Source: Rhynchopus sp. YZ270_cl-10 (taxonomy: Eukaryota). Taken from it: a stretch of DNA of 64,000 bases. Shown in pieces: positions 1-10,780 of the stretch. Below the pieces are notes generated by a model. The model was not told the origin of the DNA. It did no database searches and worked only from the letters and a program-made list of their open reading frames with translations. Location: positions 186,001-250,000 of the forward strand of contig OZ037842.1 in NCBI GenBank assembly GCA_964035575.1, read 5' to 3'. A program made the translations under genes and the position numbers. The first letter of the stretch is position 1; the number at the start of each line of letters is the position of its first letter.

Positions 1-92
1 CAGACAGAACATAGGAGAAAATATTTCAAAGGAAGAAGAAAAAAACAACACCAAAAAAACAATAGCAACAAAGGACCGAGAACTTACACAGA

Positions 93-317
93 TTATTGAA
101 AACCCAATTGTCTCAAATGCGTGGGGATAGGTAAGACGTCATCCCTGCCTTGTGTGAGTATCACTGTGGGGCACACATCAACAGCGACGCCATTGAAGGT
201 GTTCACGTGACGGCACACATTTCTCTCTCTCAGGCTTTGAGAAACTGGTATACAAAACCAGTAGCCCAGGTTGTCATTTTCCAGAAGGGTTAGAATTCGC
301 TCTGGATTCTGCAACAT
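93..317 (-). CDS. Possible small hypothetical protein (74 aa from ATG at 317)
   Basis: Same strand as all other genes, balanced composition between A/T-rich flanks; no recognisable motif. Confidence 0.25.
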   Translation of the reverse strand: MLQNPERILTLLENDNLGYWFCIPVSQSLRERNVCRHVNTFNGVAVDVCPTVILTQGRDDVLPIPTHLRQLGFQ

Positions 318-521
318 TATAAAAACGCAAAAAAAAAAAAAAAAAATGTCAAACATTTTGAAATACACCAGGCTGTTCCCGACACGCCATTTTTTATTTT
401 TTTTTGTTAACGGCCGGCTTCAGTGTTGTCCTTTGATATAATAATCATGGACCCTCTTATCCGAAACCTGGCCCACCCTCTCACACCTCTTCTCCCCCAG
501 CTTAGGTATTCTTGTATAATG

Positions 522-2621
522 CTAACCCAGAACTTCTACCGCACGGCGTACCATTTGCTCTTTGGACAGACGCAGCCCTGAGAGGACACCCCACTGAAGC
601 TGGACCTCCTCCCCATCTGCCAGGCTCTGTCCTAGGCTTTGTGCAGCGTAGCCGTCTGATGGGTCCAGCTCGAGGGCACGCTGGAATAGGTCCTTTGGGG
701 TGTGTGTGGTGCCGTGGAGGACGACGTTGGCTTGCTGTGTACGGAGGAGTGCGTGGCCGAGGTCCTGCCACACAACAGACACATTGGGATCAAGCGCAAT
801 CGATCTGAGCAATAGGTCCGCCTCACTCCACAGCGCACCACACAGACGGCATACCCCAGCACTCATGGTATAGCTCAGAAGGCTGTACGCTGCCGCATCG
901 TCCTCGTCGATCTCAATGGCGCGCACCAAGAGCTGCTCCACAGTGTAGATGCTGTCGAGCTTTACCCGCTGCTGTCCTGTTGTGTGCAGCTCCTCCGCAA
1001 GGTTCCGCCACGGAGCAGAGGTATGTGGTGTTATCTGCACTGCCTTCTCTAGAAGCGCCTGGCGTGTCCACACAACGCCACGAACCATGGCAGTCCCATT
1101 CGTGTCAAGACATTCTGCAAGACCGTTGTACGCAGCACTGCTTCCGTTCCGTTCGATGCAGGATGTAAAGTACTTTACAGACGGTTCCGCAATGCTGGAT
1201 TGGCCTCGCACGCCTTTTGGGGCATAGCCGTGGGAGTGTGCCTTCAGCAGAAGAGATTCCTTTGTAACAGGCTCGCCGTCTGTGAGGCCGATGATCTGTG
1301 TTGTGCCGAGCATTGTACTGAGGGAAGCGTATAAGGCCCCGAGGTTGCTGTCGTTGCGTTGTTGTGCTCGGTGGATTGAACGTTTCGTGCCTTGCATGGC
1401 GAGGTGGCGGAGCCCGCTTTTGGTGGCCTTTTTGTTGTTGAGGAGAATCTCATCGTCGATTGTGTTTGCCAAACGGTAGTACGCTAATGGCAAAGTTGCG
1501 TCGTTTTTTAATTCAATACAACGCATCAAGGCACGTTGTCGCTGCTCCACCGTTGTTGCTTCCGATGCAAGCATTAAGTACGCTTCGGCTCGCTCCGCCC
1601 TTTGCAGAGCAGCAGCTAGCAGGGCCACCCGCCCTAATCTCTCCCCACTCTCAAGACACACCGTCGCGTCTGTCTGCACCGCAGCAAGGTTTGCGTACAC
1701 CGCGCCCGACTGCGGGGACAGCAGCTGTGCGCGCTTGAGGAGGTCTGTTCTGGTCATATCTTTGTGGAGCGACACCACAGCATCGCCAGAGAGGAGGCAC
1801 GCTAGATTGTTGTACGCCAGACCACAAAGCGGGTTGTCGAGCAGGAAGCGTTGCAGGGAGGCGATCTGGAGGGCGGCGCTGCTTGCGGTGTGGTGTGTTG
1901 GGTGGAGCGAGGCTGCCGTGTCGCGCAGTGATTTGATCGCTTCTTGGTGTTGCCCGCTGCGCTCTAAGACAGACGCCGTGTCCGCACACAACCTCGCCTG
2001 TTCACATGCCGGCGCCTCCTTCAGTCTTGCATGCTCCACCGCCTCCATCATAAGCTCCACCGCACTATGCTCACTCCCATCATCCAACACCGCCGTTTCG
2101 TGCTCCTTCAACTGCAGCGCCAAACCGCTGCGTGCACGATACTCTTCGCTGTCTTCTGATAAGGCGCGTTTAAATAGGTATTCACTAGCAGTCATGGTGC
2201 CGTCCTCTAGCAGGGCATACCTCTCGCCAAGGAGCACCCCGAGGTGGGCGTACGCTGGACCGTTGTTAGGGTTCAACGCAATGCAGCGGACAAGAAGGGA
2301 GGCTTTGTCTTCGTTGTTGAGGAGCAGCGCAGAGGCGGTTGGGAGGGTTGCTTGCTTCAGGCAGTCGGAAGACCGAACCGAGTCTGCCTCCGTCACAACC
2401 CGTACAACCGACACATGGTCCCCATCCTGCAAGGCTACATTGCTCATTTCTGCGTCATCCGGGACAATCTCCTCCCCCGCAGTGCTGAACAACGCGATGC
2501 TCGCAGCGTCGTACACCCCAGTGCACACAGCGACCACCTTCTGTTTAAGAGACAGCACTGTTTCGTCCATGCCCACCTCCACTACATGGTGAACACATTC
2601 CCATGATGCGGTGATTTCCAT
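522..2621 (-). CDS. N-terminal ubiquitin-like domain plus TPR-like repeat protein (699 aa)
   Basis: N-terminus resembles a ubiquitin fold (VEVGMDETVLSLKQKV...LQDGDHVSVV). It is followed by recurring helical units of the type LLxRAIELDPxxxxAYxxLA, each preceded by LxDG-like hairpins. Confidence 0.8.
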   Translation of the reverse strand: MEITASWECVHHVVEVGMDETVLSLKQKVVAVCTGVYDAASIALFSTAGEEIVPDDAEMSNVALQDGDHVSVVRVVTEADSVRSSDCLKQATLPTASALLLNNEDKASLLVRCIALNPNNGPAYAHLGVLLGERYALLEDGTMTASEYLFKRALSEDSEEYRARSGLALQLKEHETAVLDDGSEHSAVELMMEAVEHARLKEAPACEQARLCADTASVLERSGQHQEAIKSLRDTAASLHPTHHTASSAALQIASLQRFLLDNPLCGLAYNNLACLLSGDAVVSLHKDMTRTDLLKRAQLLSPQSGAVYANLAAVQTDATVCLESGERLGRVALLAAALQRAERAEAYLMLASEATTVEQRQRALMRCIELKNDATLPLAYYRLANTIDDEILLNNKKATKSGLRHLAMQGTKRSIHRAQQRNDSNLGALYASLSTMLGTTQIIGLTDGEPVTKESLLLKAHSHGYAPKGVRGQSSIAEPSVKYFTSCIERNGSSAAYNGLAECLDTNGTAMVRGVVWTRQALLEKAVQITPHTSAPWRNLAEELHTTGQQRVKLDSIYTVEQLLVRAIEIDEDDAAAYSLLSYTMSAGVCRLCGALWSEADLLLRSIALDPNVSVVWQDLGHALLRTQQANVVLHGTTHTPKDLFQRALELDPSDGYAAQSLGQSLADGEEVQLQWGVLSGLRLSKEQMVRRAVEVLG

Positions 2622-3035
2622 AATGGAACCTAAGGTAACGTGAGGGAAATGGAGGAAAGAGCGAGAATAAATGTGGTGAAGGAGGAGGGTATCGTTTGAT
2701 AATCAGTTGGGATTCGTGTAGCTGTCCATGCAGTCTGCACGGTGTTGTGTTAGAACCAAAGGGCGGAAGCCCTGTCTACAAAAGGTGTTTCAAAAAAGAA
2801 AAAAGAAAAGAGAAAAAAAACGTAGAAATGTTGAAAGATGAATGAGCCTCACGGACACGTCTTTCAAATGTTCCAAAAGGGTAGCGTGTAAATTTAGTTT
2901 TATGTTATGTTCTGTTCTTGATAATTCGGAAGCGGGCAGTCACATAGATCAGTGCAGCAACATTTTTTTTGTCTCAACACCAACAAAAGAAATTCGAGTG
3001 TCAAACATCTTTTCCCCCTCCCCAAATCCCTATTT

Positions 3036-6000
3036 TTACTTCTTCTTCCCTTTTGCTGCCTTATCGTCACCTACGGCTGCTTTTGGGAAGTATCCTTTTC
3101 CTCGGAGGGTGTTGAAGACTTCTTCTTGCTTCTTCTTTTGGTGGGCAAGGAGGAGTACTTGCACCTCTTTCGCCTTCTGTAGACGTGCTGCCTTGGCGGC
3201 TGCAAACTCTGCCAGGCGCTGCTCTTCTTCCTGCCTTGCCTGCGCGAGACCTTCCTCCACTGACTTCCATTCTGCCTCAGGCGTCTGCGCACGCGACCCC
3301 GCATCACGCTGCATCTCCTTCGGCACAACAGTGTACACCTTCCCCCCCATCGCCACGGTCCTCCTCGCTGGTATGAAGACCACATCCCCCACCGCCACCT
3401 CCTCCACATGCTGCACTTCTGTCTCCAGCTCTGTGATGCACATATCCTCCACCGTCTCGCCCGCCTCCGTCACAACGGTGTACCGCCATTCAGCAGGAGA
3501 CAGTTCTTCGGGGACCGGATCGGGGGTGTTTTTCTTTGGGCTCCGTGGTGATACTGGTTGGCGTGGTGTTTCGCCGGCAGCGTGCTTCTTGATGGAGGTT
3601 ACCTTGCCGAAGGTTGTTGCGTGGAGGGTGTCGCTGAAGTATTTTAGTGTAGAAGAGTCGAGTTGCGGAAGGCGTGTCACGGTGCCTGGGGGGAGGCTGC
3701 GCAGGAGGGGGTCGTCCTCTGGAGAGAGTGCGAGAAGGGAGGCACCGTCTTTGGTGGTGATTTTCTTTGGGAGGAAGATGCCTTCGGCGCTGTCGACGTA
3801 GCTCTGGCGGAGCTTCTGTGCGCGCGCCCGGCGTGGGTCCTCGACGGCGGCAGCCTGCTTGGAGGCTTTGCCCTTGTCCTTTGCTCCTCCGGTGCCGCCT
3901 TCTTTTGCGCTCCAGCTGTTTTTGATCTCCTCGCGGCGTTCGCTGTGTGTTGTGTCGCTGTCGACGGAGACCTTTGCAGTGTTGCAGAGAAGCTGGAGGT
4001 TGTAGGAGATGCCCCACTCTGGGGGGATGGGGGCGTGGGTCGGGGAGGTGTCGGCAGTGTTCTGTTCGTTCTGTGCCTCCTGCGCTTCGTTGAGAAGCTC
4101 GTCGCTCACCTCTTCGTTGTTGTCCTGCTTTTCTTTGATCGACGCAAGCACCGCGTCACGCACCTCCCTCGCCTTCACAATGTTCTCCTGCCTCCTCCGC
4201 CTGAACTCCTCCTGCACACGAGCATGCGCTACCGACTTCACAGCCTGCACACAGTCCTCCCCTATATGGCACTCTATAACATACTTTGCCGTCGCCCCCT
4301 TATCCGGAACCGGAAGCATCAAATTATGACACAACAACGGCATTGCGGTGAACTCCTCTGACCGCTCTCCATTCCCCTGCGCACCACTCGACTCAGACGA
4401 AAACGCTGGCCCAGCGAGGGTTGTGTACTTCGAGGACCAGCCCTCCGCACGCCAGACGAGATCCTCTCCCTTCAGAACATTAAGCGTAAAGGAAACAGGC
4501 CGTTCGCAGGCAAGGTCCAACAGCAGGGACATATGGAGCAGCTCTGCGGGGGTCACGATGAAACGGAACAAAGAGCGGCCCGCACCTAGCTCGTAGGAGC
4601 CCTCCTTTGTGATGAGGTCTTTGAAGCCTACGGACACACCTTTGTCGAGGACACCGTTGGAGATGGCGCTGAGTTTGTAACCTGCCAGTGGGTAGGATTC
4701 ATAAGGCCGTGCGCAGACCAGCACCATGTAGCCGTGTTTGTTAGGTGTGAGGGTTGTGGGCAGGGTGCCCAGGTGGTCGTTGCAGATCTTGCCTGTGTCC
4801 ATGTTCACCAAATAGACAGACACCCATGAAGCCAAGTCCAACCGTTTCGACTGATGAATCGCAATAATCTCCTTCAATTCCTGTTCATCAAGGACCGGAG
4901 TCACAGAGGCAGCTGGTGCGTCCTTTGCCCCCTTCTTTGCACCCTTCTTGTCAGGTTCTGGTGTTGCCTGGCTTTGCGATGCGCCTGGGGGTACAACTGT
5001 CAGGTCAAAGATGGACTGACACTCCGCCTTCACGTGCATAATCTTTTTGAACCAAATCTTCGCGCGTTTTTCAACGTGCTCCTCCACCTCCCCATAGTCG
5101 CAGAAGGTGGTGAGGTTTAGGTGCGTGGAGAGAAGCTCTTCTTGCGAGTCTAGGAAGGTCAGCTCTTTGGACGATGTGACACACAGCTGCGACGACTTTG
5201 GGAAGTTCTCACACGTCAATCTGTATGCTGCACCTTCGGTCTGTGGAAGTGACAAATTGAATGTATCAATCGAGCTCGCCCCCATCGCATGCCGCATGAT
5301 GTACTGAAACGGCGTAGAACGGTTCCACGAAAACGACTCCAAAGAGCACGTAAACTCCGCACCCTTAGGCAAAGGTGGTGGTGGTGGCGGGGCCGCGTCT
5401 CCTGGAGGCTGTGGAGGCCCCTCCAGGGTAGAGTAGGTACCAAAGATCTGTGTGTTTTGATCGTTTTTGACAAAAATCCATTTAACGATAGTGCAAAACG
5501 GGTTTTCTCCAGAGTCCTCCGCTTTGGCTGCAGCAGCAGCAACTTCGGCTTCGGTAGGGGCGTATTTGATGATTTTGGAGGAAAACGCTTTTGTAGACGC
5601 AGAAGAACGGAGCAGCACCGTTTTCGGGAACATCTCAGCAAAGCTGACCCACGGCATCCAGGCATCACGCCAGCAGTTGTCGAACTGCTGGGTCGCGGGG
5701 CGTGGCTGCTCCCTGCTTGCGTCCAGCTTCTTCTCGAACTCCTCCGTCCATAGGGCAGTGTCTGAGTAGCTTCCTTCTCCCTTCCACTGAATAAACGGGG
5801 ACATCACGTTCACCATTGTTGTCGGCGGGGTGTTCAGCGACTTAATTGCCTTCACCAAATACACCTGATTAGGGAACAAACCTGTTTCTTCGAACATTCC
5901 CTTTAATGCCGCCTGTTCGTCCCACTCCTCATTGTCCCCTTCTGGAGCTGGTGTCGAAGGCAACGCAAATAGAACGATCTTCTCGCTTTCGGCAGGGTTT

Positions 6001-7052
6001 TGAAATGCTGCAGTCAAATGACTTAAGATGGTTGCAGTGTGCTTCTTTGTGTTGAAGACCTGCGGGATGTACCCTGGGTGAAGTGCATGCATAATCCACT
6101 CCGGATCTGTGAAAAACCTATCCTGCGCATTCGGTCCTAACACACGGAGCAACCCTTTTGCGAGGAGGGCCGGCCAGATCTCTTTTGACTCTGTCACCGT
6201 AAAAAGCGAATGACCAAAAATATCAGTAGGCAGACGGTCGTCCACGACCACCCTACGCCATGCACCCTTCACAAAAAGCTTTACCACGTATTTTCCAAAA
6301 GGGTTGTACACCGGCACCTTGGGCTGTCCATTTGCACCTCCCGTCTGCGGGTAGATCAATTCCCATAGATACTGCTCCTTGGGAATGAGTTGTTGCATGC
6401 CGTGCACTGCCGCAAGGCATGAGTTGAAGGCTTGCATATGACACGGTGTAGGGAGGTTCTTTTTGTTCTCCCTGGCTTCTCCCCTTCTGGTCGAACCTCC
6501 ACGTCTTTTCAGAGAGTCTGCACCAGGAATTGGATGCGCGCCTTTCAGCTTACGCACCATTCTGTACTCAGCTATTGCATCCTCTCGAGAACGAGGTATC
6601 ATCGGCACACCCTGCACCGAACCTGGAGACGAAGCCAACGGAGTGCCGTCGTCCGCAGAGGAGGATGAGGTGTGGGTTACTGCGGCGTCGTCGTCGCGGG
6701 TGGGGGGTACCGTTTCGAGGTCACCGTCGTAAGGGCAGACGGTTTGAGTCATTTTGACGACAACAGGTTTGAAGGGGGAGAAGATCGCAGAGGGCCGCTT
6801 CCAGCCTTTGTTGTGTCGAGCTAAAGTGCTGATCGCAAAGGGTTCTGGGTCCTGCGCAGGGTCTACGAAGGCGTGCTCTGCCTCAGGGGGTGGTTGCTGC
6901 AGGAAGTCGCCGTGGCCGTTGCTCCAGTCTTCCTGTGCGATGTCGGGCGCCTCACACCACAAAGGCAACTCAGACTCCGCGAACAGCCCATTTGCTTCAG
7001 GAGGGCGACTTCCAGTAGGGGCGGTCTTCGGAGGAGGCTTTTTGGGTCCCAT
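3036..7052 (-). CDS. ADGB: Androglobin-like, probably non-catalytic calpain-family protein (1338 aa)
   Basis: Motifs WKRP, LWELIYPQ, PVYNPFGKYVVKLFVKGAWRRVVVDDRLP and EIWPALLAKGLL are typical of the androglobin calpain-like domain. No canonical QGxxGDCW catalytic motif; C-terminal coiled coil ending in KGKKK. Confidence 0.7.
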   Translation of the reverse strand: MGPKKPPPKTAPTGSRPPEANGLFAESELPLWCEAPDIAQEDWSNGHGDFLQQPPPEAEHAFVDPAQDPEPFAISTLARHNKGWKRPSAIFSPFKPVVVKMTQTVCPYDGDLETVPPTRDDDAAVTHTSSSSADDGTPLASSPGSVQGVPMIPRSREDAIAEYRMVRKLKGAHPIPGADSLKRRGGSTRRGEARENKKNLPTPCHMQAFNSCLAAVHGMQQLIPKEQYLWELIYPQTGGANGQPKVPVYNPFGKYVVKLFVKGAWRRVVVDDRLPTDIFGHSLFTVTESKEIWPALLAKGLLRVLGPNAQDRFFTDPEWIMHALHPGYIPQVFNTKKHTATILSHLTAAFQNPAESEKIVLFALPSTPAPEGDNEEWDEQAALKGMFEETGLFPNQVYLVKAIKSLNTPPTTMVNVMSPFIQWKGEGSYSDTALWTEEFEKKLDASREQPRPATQQFDNCWRDAWMPWVSFAEMFPKTVLLRSSASTKAFSSKIIKYAPTEAEVAAAAAKAEDSGENPFCTIVKWIFVKNDQNTQIFGTYSTLEGPPQPPGDAAPPPPPPLPKGAEFTCSLESFSWNRSTPFQYIMRHAMGASSIDTFNLSLPQTEGAAYRLTCENFPKSSQLCVTSSKELTFLDSQEELLSTHLNLTTFCDYGEVEEHVEKRAKIWFKKIMHVKAECQSIFDLTVVPPGASQSQATPEPDKKGAKKGAKDAPAASVTPVLDEQELKEIIAIHQSKRLDLASWVSVYLVNMDTGKICNDHLGTLPTTLTPNKHGYMVLVCARPYESYPLAGYKLSAISNGVLDKGVSVGFKDLITKEGSYELGAGRSLFRFIVTPAELLHMSLLLDLACERPVSFTLNVLKGEDLVWRAEGWSSKYTTLAGPAFSSESSGAQGNGERSEEFTAMPLLCHNLMLPVPDKGATAKYVIECHIGEDCVQAVKSVAHARVQEEFRRRRQENIVKAREVRDAVLASIKEKQDNNEEVSDELLNEAQEAQNEQNTADTSPTHAPIPPEWGISYNLQLLCNTAKVSVDSDTTHSERREEIKNSWSAKEGGTGGAKDKGKASKQAAAVEDPRRARAQKLRQSYVDSAEGIFLPKKITTKDGASLLALSPEDDPLLRSLPPGTVTRLPQLDSSTLKYFSDTLHATTFGKVTSIKKHAAGETPRQPVSPRSPKKNTPDPVPEELSPAEWRYTVVTEAGETVEDMCITELETEVQHVEEVAVGDVVFIPARRTVAMGGKVYTVVPKEMQRDAGSRAQTPEAEWKSVEEGLAQARQEEEQRLAEFAAAKAARLQKAKEVQVLLLAHQKKKQEEVFNTLRGKGYFPKAAVGDDKAAKGKKK

Positions 7053-7372
7053 ATTCTGGGATTTTGGGTTTTGTTGGTTTTCTGAAATGGAAATGGAAAG
7101 GGGGAGGGGGGGGAGGGGAAGGGGGTGAATAAAATGGGATGGAAGGAGAGGAGTATTTTTATCTCGGAGTAGTCGTTAGACTTAGGGTTAAAAAAATGCA
7201 AAGGTTAAAATCTAAATTTGGGGAATTTCCCACTAAAAAAAAAACAGTTGGAAAAGCGTTTTTTTTTTCTTTTTTTTTTCCCCCTTCTTCGCGATATTTC
7301 CCCCTGCCGCTGAATCGACAAAAAACCACTCCCGATACAACGCTCTAAACAGACTTAACCTTGTGTAAACTA

Positions 7373-7403
7373 CCTCCTCCTCCTCCTCCTCCTCCTCCTC
7401 CTC
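7373..7403. repeat. (CCT)n microsatellite
   Basis: About 10 consecutive CCT units just downstream of the 7416-9407 stop codon. Confidence 0.9.
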
Positions 7404-7415
7404 CCCCATCCCCCT

Positions 7416-9407
7416 TTACATCGTAAGCCTAGGCTGAGACGACGGGCTCACGGGGTATTTTCCTATCATATCGACGCTTGCTGTTATTGTTGCATTTGTT
7501 ACCCCTCCGTCGCTGGTGGTGAGGCGTGAGGCACGCCCCATGCGGAGGCCTTGGGGTATGTGGTGCAGCGGCATTTGCACTGAGATGTGGTCCTCTGAGA
7601 AGTCGAACACAGAGGAGATGGTGGAGGAGGCGCTGAGGGGACGTTGCAGGCTGCGTGGCACTGTAGGGTAGCAGAGGGTACCTCCACTGTTCGGACGTGA
7701 TACGGGGCGGAGCATCCCTGCTGTGGGCACGGTGACTGTTGTCGAAGCATTCTGGTCTGCAGGCACGCTCGCATTCACATTGGGCTCGCTTGGTTGCCAT
7801 TCCGACATCGGAGAAGGCACCGGTATCGCCGCCATATCGCATGCAGCTGAGACAACCTCTCTCCCCGCAGCTGGTAAAGGAGTTGAAGAACGTTTCAAAC
7901 CACTCAGTTTCTTGTCGTTTTCGGTAGCCTCCCCTCGACGCATCTTTTCCACTGCATCTGCAAGACTTTCCACAAAGTCATGCAAGCTAGTCCATTCTCC
8001 TTTGTCGACTTTCCCCTCCTTTAGCAGGGTTTGCCCTTTGTTTAAAGAGTCAACAGATTTTTTTAGGCGATCGATATCAGGGTGGTTGGTGGTGGTGGTG
8101 GTGGTGGTGTTGTTGGTCGGTTGATCTCCGAGGAGTTGGTGTACGTGGCGGATTTCGGAGTCGATGTGTTCTGTTTGGGTGGTAAGTTTTTCTTCGTTAG
8201 AATTGACGCGAGATTTTAGGGCATCGAGCTGCTCTTTGCCGGGGAGGCGGAGGAGTTCGGAGCTGTCGCATTTTGTGTTTTGGAGGTGCGCGATGTTTGC
8301 GTTGAAGGTAGTGTTGCTTACCTTATCTTCTAGGACGTCGTTCAGTAGGTTTGCGTCGCGTCGTAGCTCTGCGACCCTCTGCACCGTCCCACTCACCTCA
8401 CTCTCAATCAACGAAAACCGCGCCAGATCCACCTTCCTCGCCAGCTTATCCGCCGTCGCCGTCACCCTCTCATCGACCGCAGCTATCTTGCTGTCACCAC
8501 GCTTCTCACTATCATCCATCATTCGCTCCACAGTACATACCGCCTTTTCCCCTCGCGAATCCATTTCCCTTATCATATGCAAAAAGACCGGCAATCCACA
8601 TAAATATTGTAAAGGTGGAGGCAAAGCTCCGGCAGAGGATGCCTTCCTTTGCGCATCGGTTGGAACGACAGAGAGGCTTTCCTTGACACGGTCCTGCTTT
8701 AGAGAGAATATGCGGTATAGCAGTGACGCCTTTTCGTCGGTCTGCTCTGCAGCGTCAATAATCTTTTTGATAGCATCCTTCGAATCTTTCGTCGCAGCGT
8801 GTACGGAAGCGAGGCGTGCAGAAACCTCCGGTGCATTAGCTTCGAGCACCTCAATTCTGTCGTTTAATCCATTTAATGTGGTTTGCGTGTTGGCAGCTTT
8901 TTCATTGATTTGCACATTGATGTCGTGGGTACTGTGCTCCGCAGATTGAATCCTTTTGTGGTGTTCTTCGTGCGAAGTTTCCAGCTCCTCAATGCGCCCT
9001 GCAGCGTGAAGAACCCCTTCGTGCAAATGGTCGAGCCTCTCCTGCCAATCTGCTGCCTGTTGGGGTCTTGCCACTGCAGCAATTTCTTGCATACGCTCTT
9101 CCATCTGTTTGTGCTGTCTTTGCAACCCATCGTCTCTCTTTTCGATGTGTTCTTGAATCCCGCAGACGTCCTTCGCAAGACGTAGCACCGTGGTCTCTAG
9201 ATGCACCAGAATACTGCTTAAACGCCGAGAACAAATACTCACCTCAAACAGCGACTCATCTTGCACAATAGCTGAGGTGAACGTAGCAGAAGTGGCAGTC
9301 TTGTATGGCTCTGCCGTCGGCACCTTATCTAACGAATCTGACGGTGCGGTGACAGGGTCAACAGAGCTGTTAATACCCGGTATTTCTTCGGTCTCCTCAG
9401 GATCCAT
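7416..9407 (-). CDS. Coiled-coil hypothetical protein with low-complexity C-terminus (663 aa)
   Basis: Long ORF with heptad-like E/K/L-rich composition, poly-Thr from (ACC)n near 8087-8110 and a Ser/Pro-rich tail. Confidence 0.8.
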   Translation of the reverse strand: MDPEETEEIPGINSSVDPVTAPSDSLDKVPTAEPYKTATSATFTSAIVQDESLFEVSICSRRLSSILVHLETTVLRLAKDVCGIQEHIEKRDDGLQRQHKQMEERMQEIAAVARPQQAADWQERLDHLHEGVLHAAGRIEELETSHEEHHKRIQSAEHSTHDINVQINEKAANTQTTLNGLNDRIEVLEANAPEVSARLASVHAATKDSKDAIKKIIDAAEQTDEKASLLYRIFSLKQDRVKESLSVVPTDAQRKASSAGALPPPLQYLCGLPVFLHMIREMDSRGEKAVCTVERMMDDSEKRGDSKIAAVDERVTATADKLARKVDLARFSLIESEVSGTVQRVAELRRDANLLNDVLEDKVSNTTFNANIAHLQNTKCDSSELLRLPGKEQLDALKSRVNSNEEKLTTQTEHIDSEIRHVHQLLGDQPTNNTTTTTTTNHPDIDRLKKSVDSLNKGQTLLKEGKVDKGEWTSLHDFVESLADAVEKMRRGEATENDKKLSGLKRSSTPLPAAGREVVSAACDMAAIPVPSPMSEWQPSEPNVNASVPADQNASTTVTVPTAGMLRPVSRPNSGGTLCYPTVPRSLQRPLSASSTISSVFDFSEDHISVQMPLHHIPQGLRMGRASRLTTSDGGVTNATITASVDMIGKYPVSPSSQPRLTM

Positions 9408-10167
9408 TTTTTTTTAGAGACAAACTGTGACTACCGTTGTGAGGGGAGTAGAGGAGGAATGTATCCGGGTAGGGGATAGAATAAAAGAGGAGATCTTAAA
9501 ATGGGTGTGTAAAATAGGACAGAAACGTAACACTCATTTTCACGAAAAAAACCCATGAGAGGTTTCAGCGGGTCACCAGAACCGTCAAGTGTGTTGAAAA
9601 TGCTTTGTTTATATTTCCTCCTTGAGGCGACAGTTGAAACGTGGTAAAACGCATCTCAGTCGAGCTTATGCAAGGGGGGGGGGAAAGGGAGAAAGAGTTG
9701 GGTGATGTGGTAAAGCCTCATCACCGTGAAAACAAACGAATAGATAGAGGTTGAACAGATCGTGTCAACGACCTTCCAACACCCTCCCAAAAAACAATAT
9801 TCTTTTCTTTCAAAAGAAATTTTTGAGGGAACCATTTCAGTGGATTATACTAGCCCTCCATCTCGATTTTCGTAACACACCGTTTATTACTCCCCCCACT
9901 TCCATTGATCTGTTATATAAGAGTCAGGTACTTACCCCAGGTTAGGATTAAAAGGTTAAAAATTCACACTCATTTTCTGTATACGTCATAGTGCAGGAAA
10001 TGCATCATTCTACCGCCCCGATGTGATGGTGTCGTTGGCGGGAAGTGTTCTTTGGGTTGCCTCCAGGCCTCCATTCCACCTCCACCGCCATCTCAGGCAC
10101 AACAATGCCAAATAACCACAACCCCACCACGCTGCACTAACCGAATCGCTTAATGTTCTTCCTGCTA

Positions 10168-10780
10168 TTACAAATCCATCTCCGCAGCCTGTTGCCGCTG
10201 TTCATATTCTGTGGCCTCGCAGTGCATCTCTGCTATCAATTCTGCACGGAGTTTGCCTTGGATGAGGTCGATGATGTGTGGCTTCTTCGGCGGCACCGCG
10301 TCTGCACGTTGTGTACTCTGCGCCGCTACCCGCACACCCGCCGCATGCACAGAGCGCTTCCCACCACTCTGCCTAAGACGCACCTCCTCCACCTCAATGT
10401 CGACTGCGTCCTGCCCCTTCGCCTCCTCCTCCAGCTCTGCATAGCGGGCTCGCAACGCTTGCTGCCCTGCTGTCCATACGTCTGCACGCTTCTGTGTCTC
10501 CGGACGCACCTCATCTGCAGGTGCAGCAGAGGTACCTCGTGCGATGTACCTCTCCACACAGAACAGATCATCCCGCATCACTCCTGCATCCAACCGTGCA
10601 ACACTACCAAGGTATTTGCTCATGGTTGAGGGGAGAGCATGAAGGGGGTATCTGGGAAGGGGGGAGGGGAGGGGAGGGGGAAAATACGCAAAAATGTGAT
10701 AAAGAGGTTTACCGAGTAGAACAATCGGGACCTGACAAACACAAAGACACATCCGTCGGGTTGTTCTGGTTGTACGCCAT
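10168..10780 (-). CDS. Hypothetical protein, probably 2 exons (10780-10713, 10651-10168); alternative start MSKY at 10623
   Basis: Candidate 61-nt intron 10712-10652 (GTAAAC...polypyrimidine...CCCAG) joins MAYNQNNPTDVSLCLSGPDCSTR in frame to YPLHALPSTMSKY. The downstream part looks coding and helical. Confidence 0.55.

Noticed and set aside
9655..9725. Possible C/D snoRNA (TGATGA...CTGA on the minus strand)
   Set aside because: Interior is low-complexity pyrimidine sequence, with no clear terminal stem or recognisable rRNA guide.
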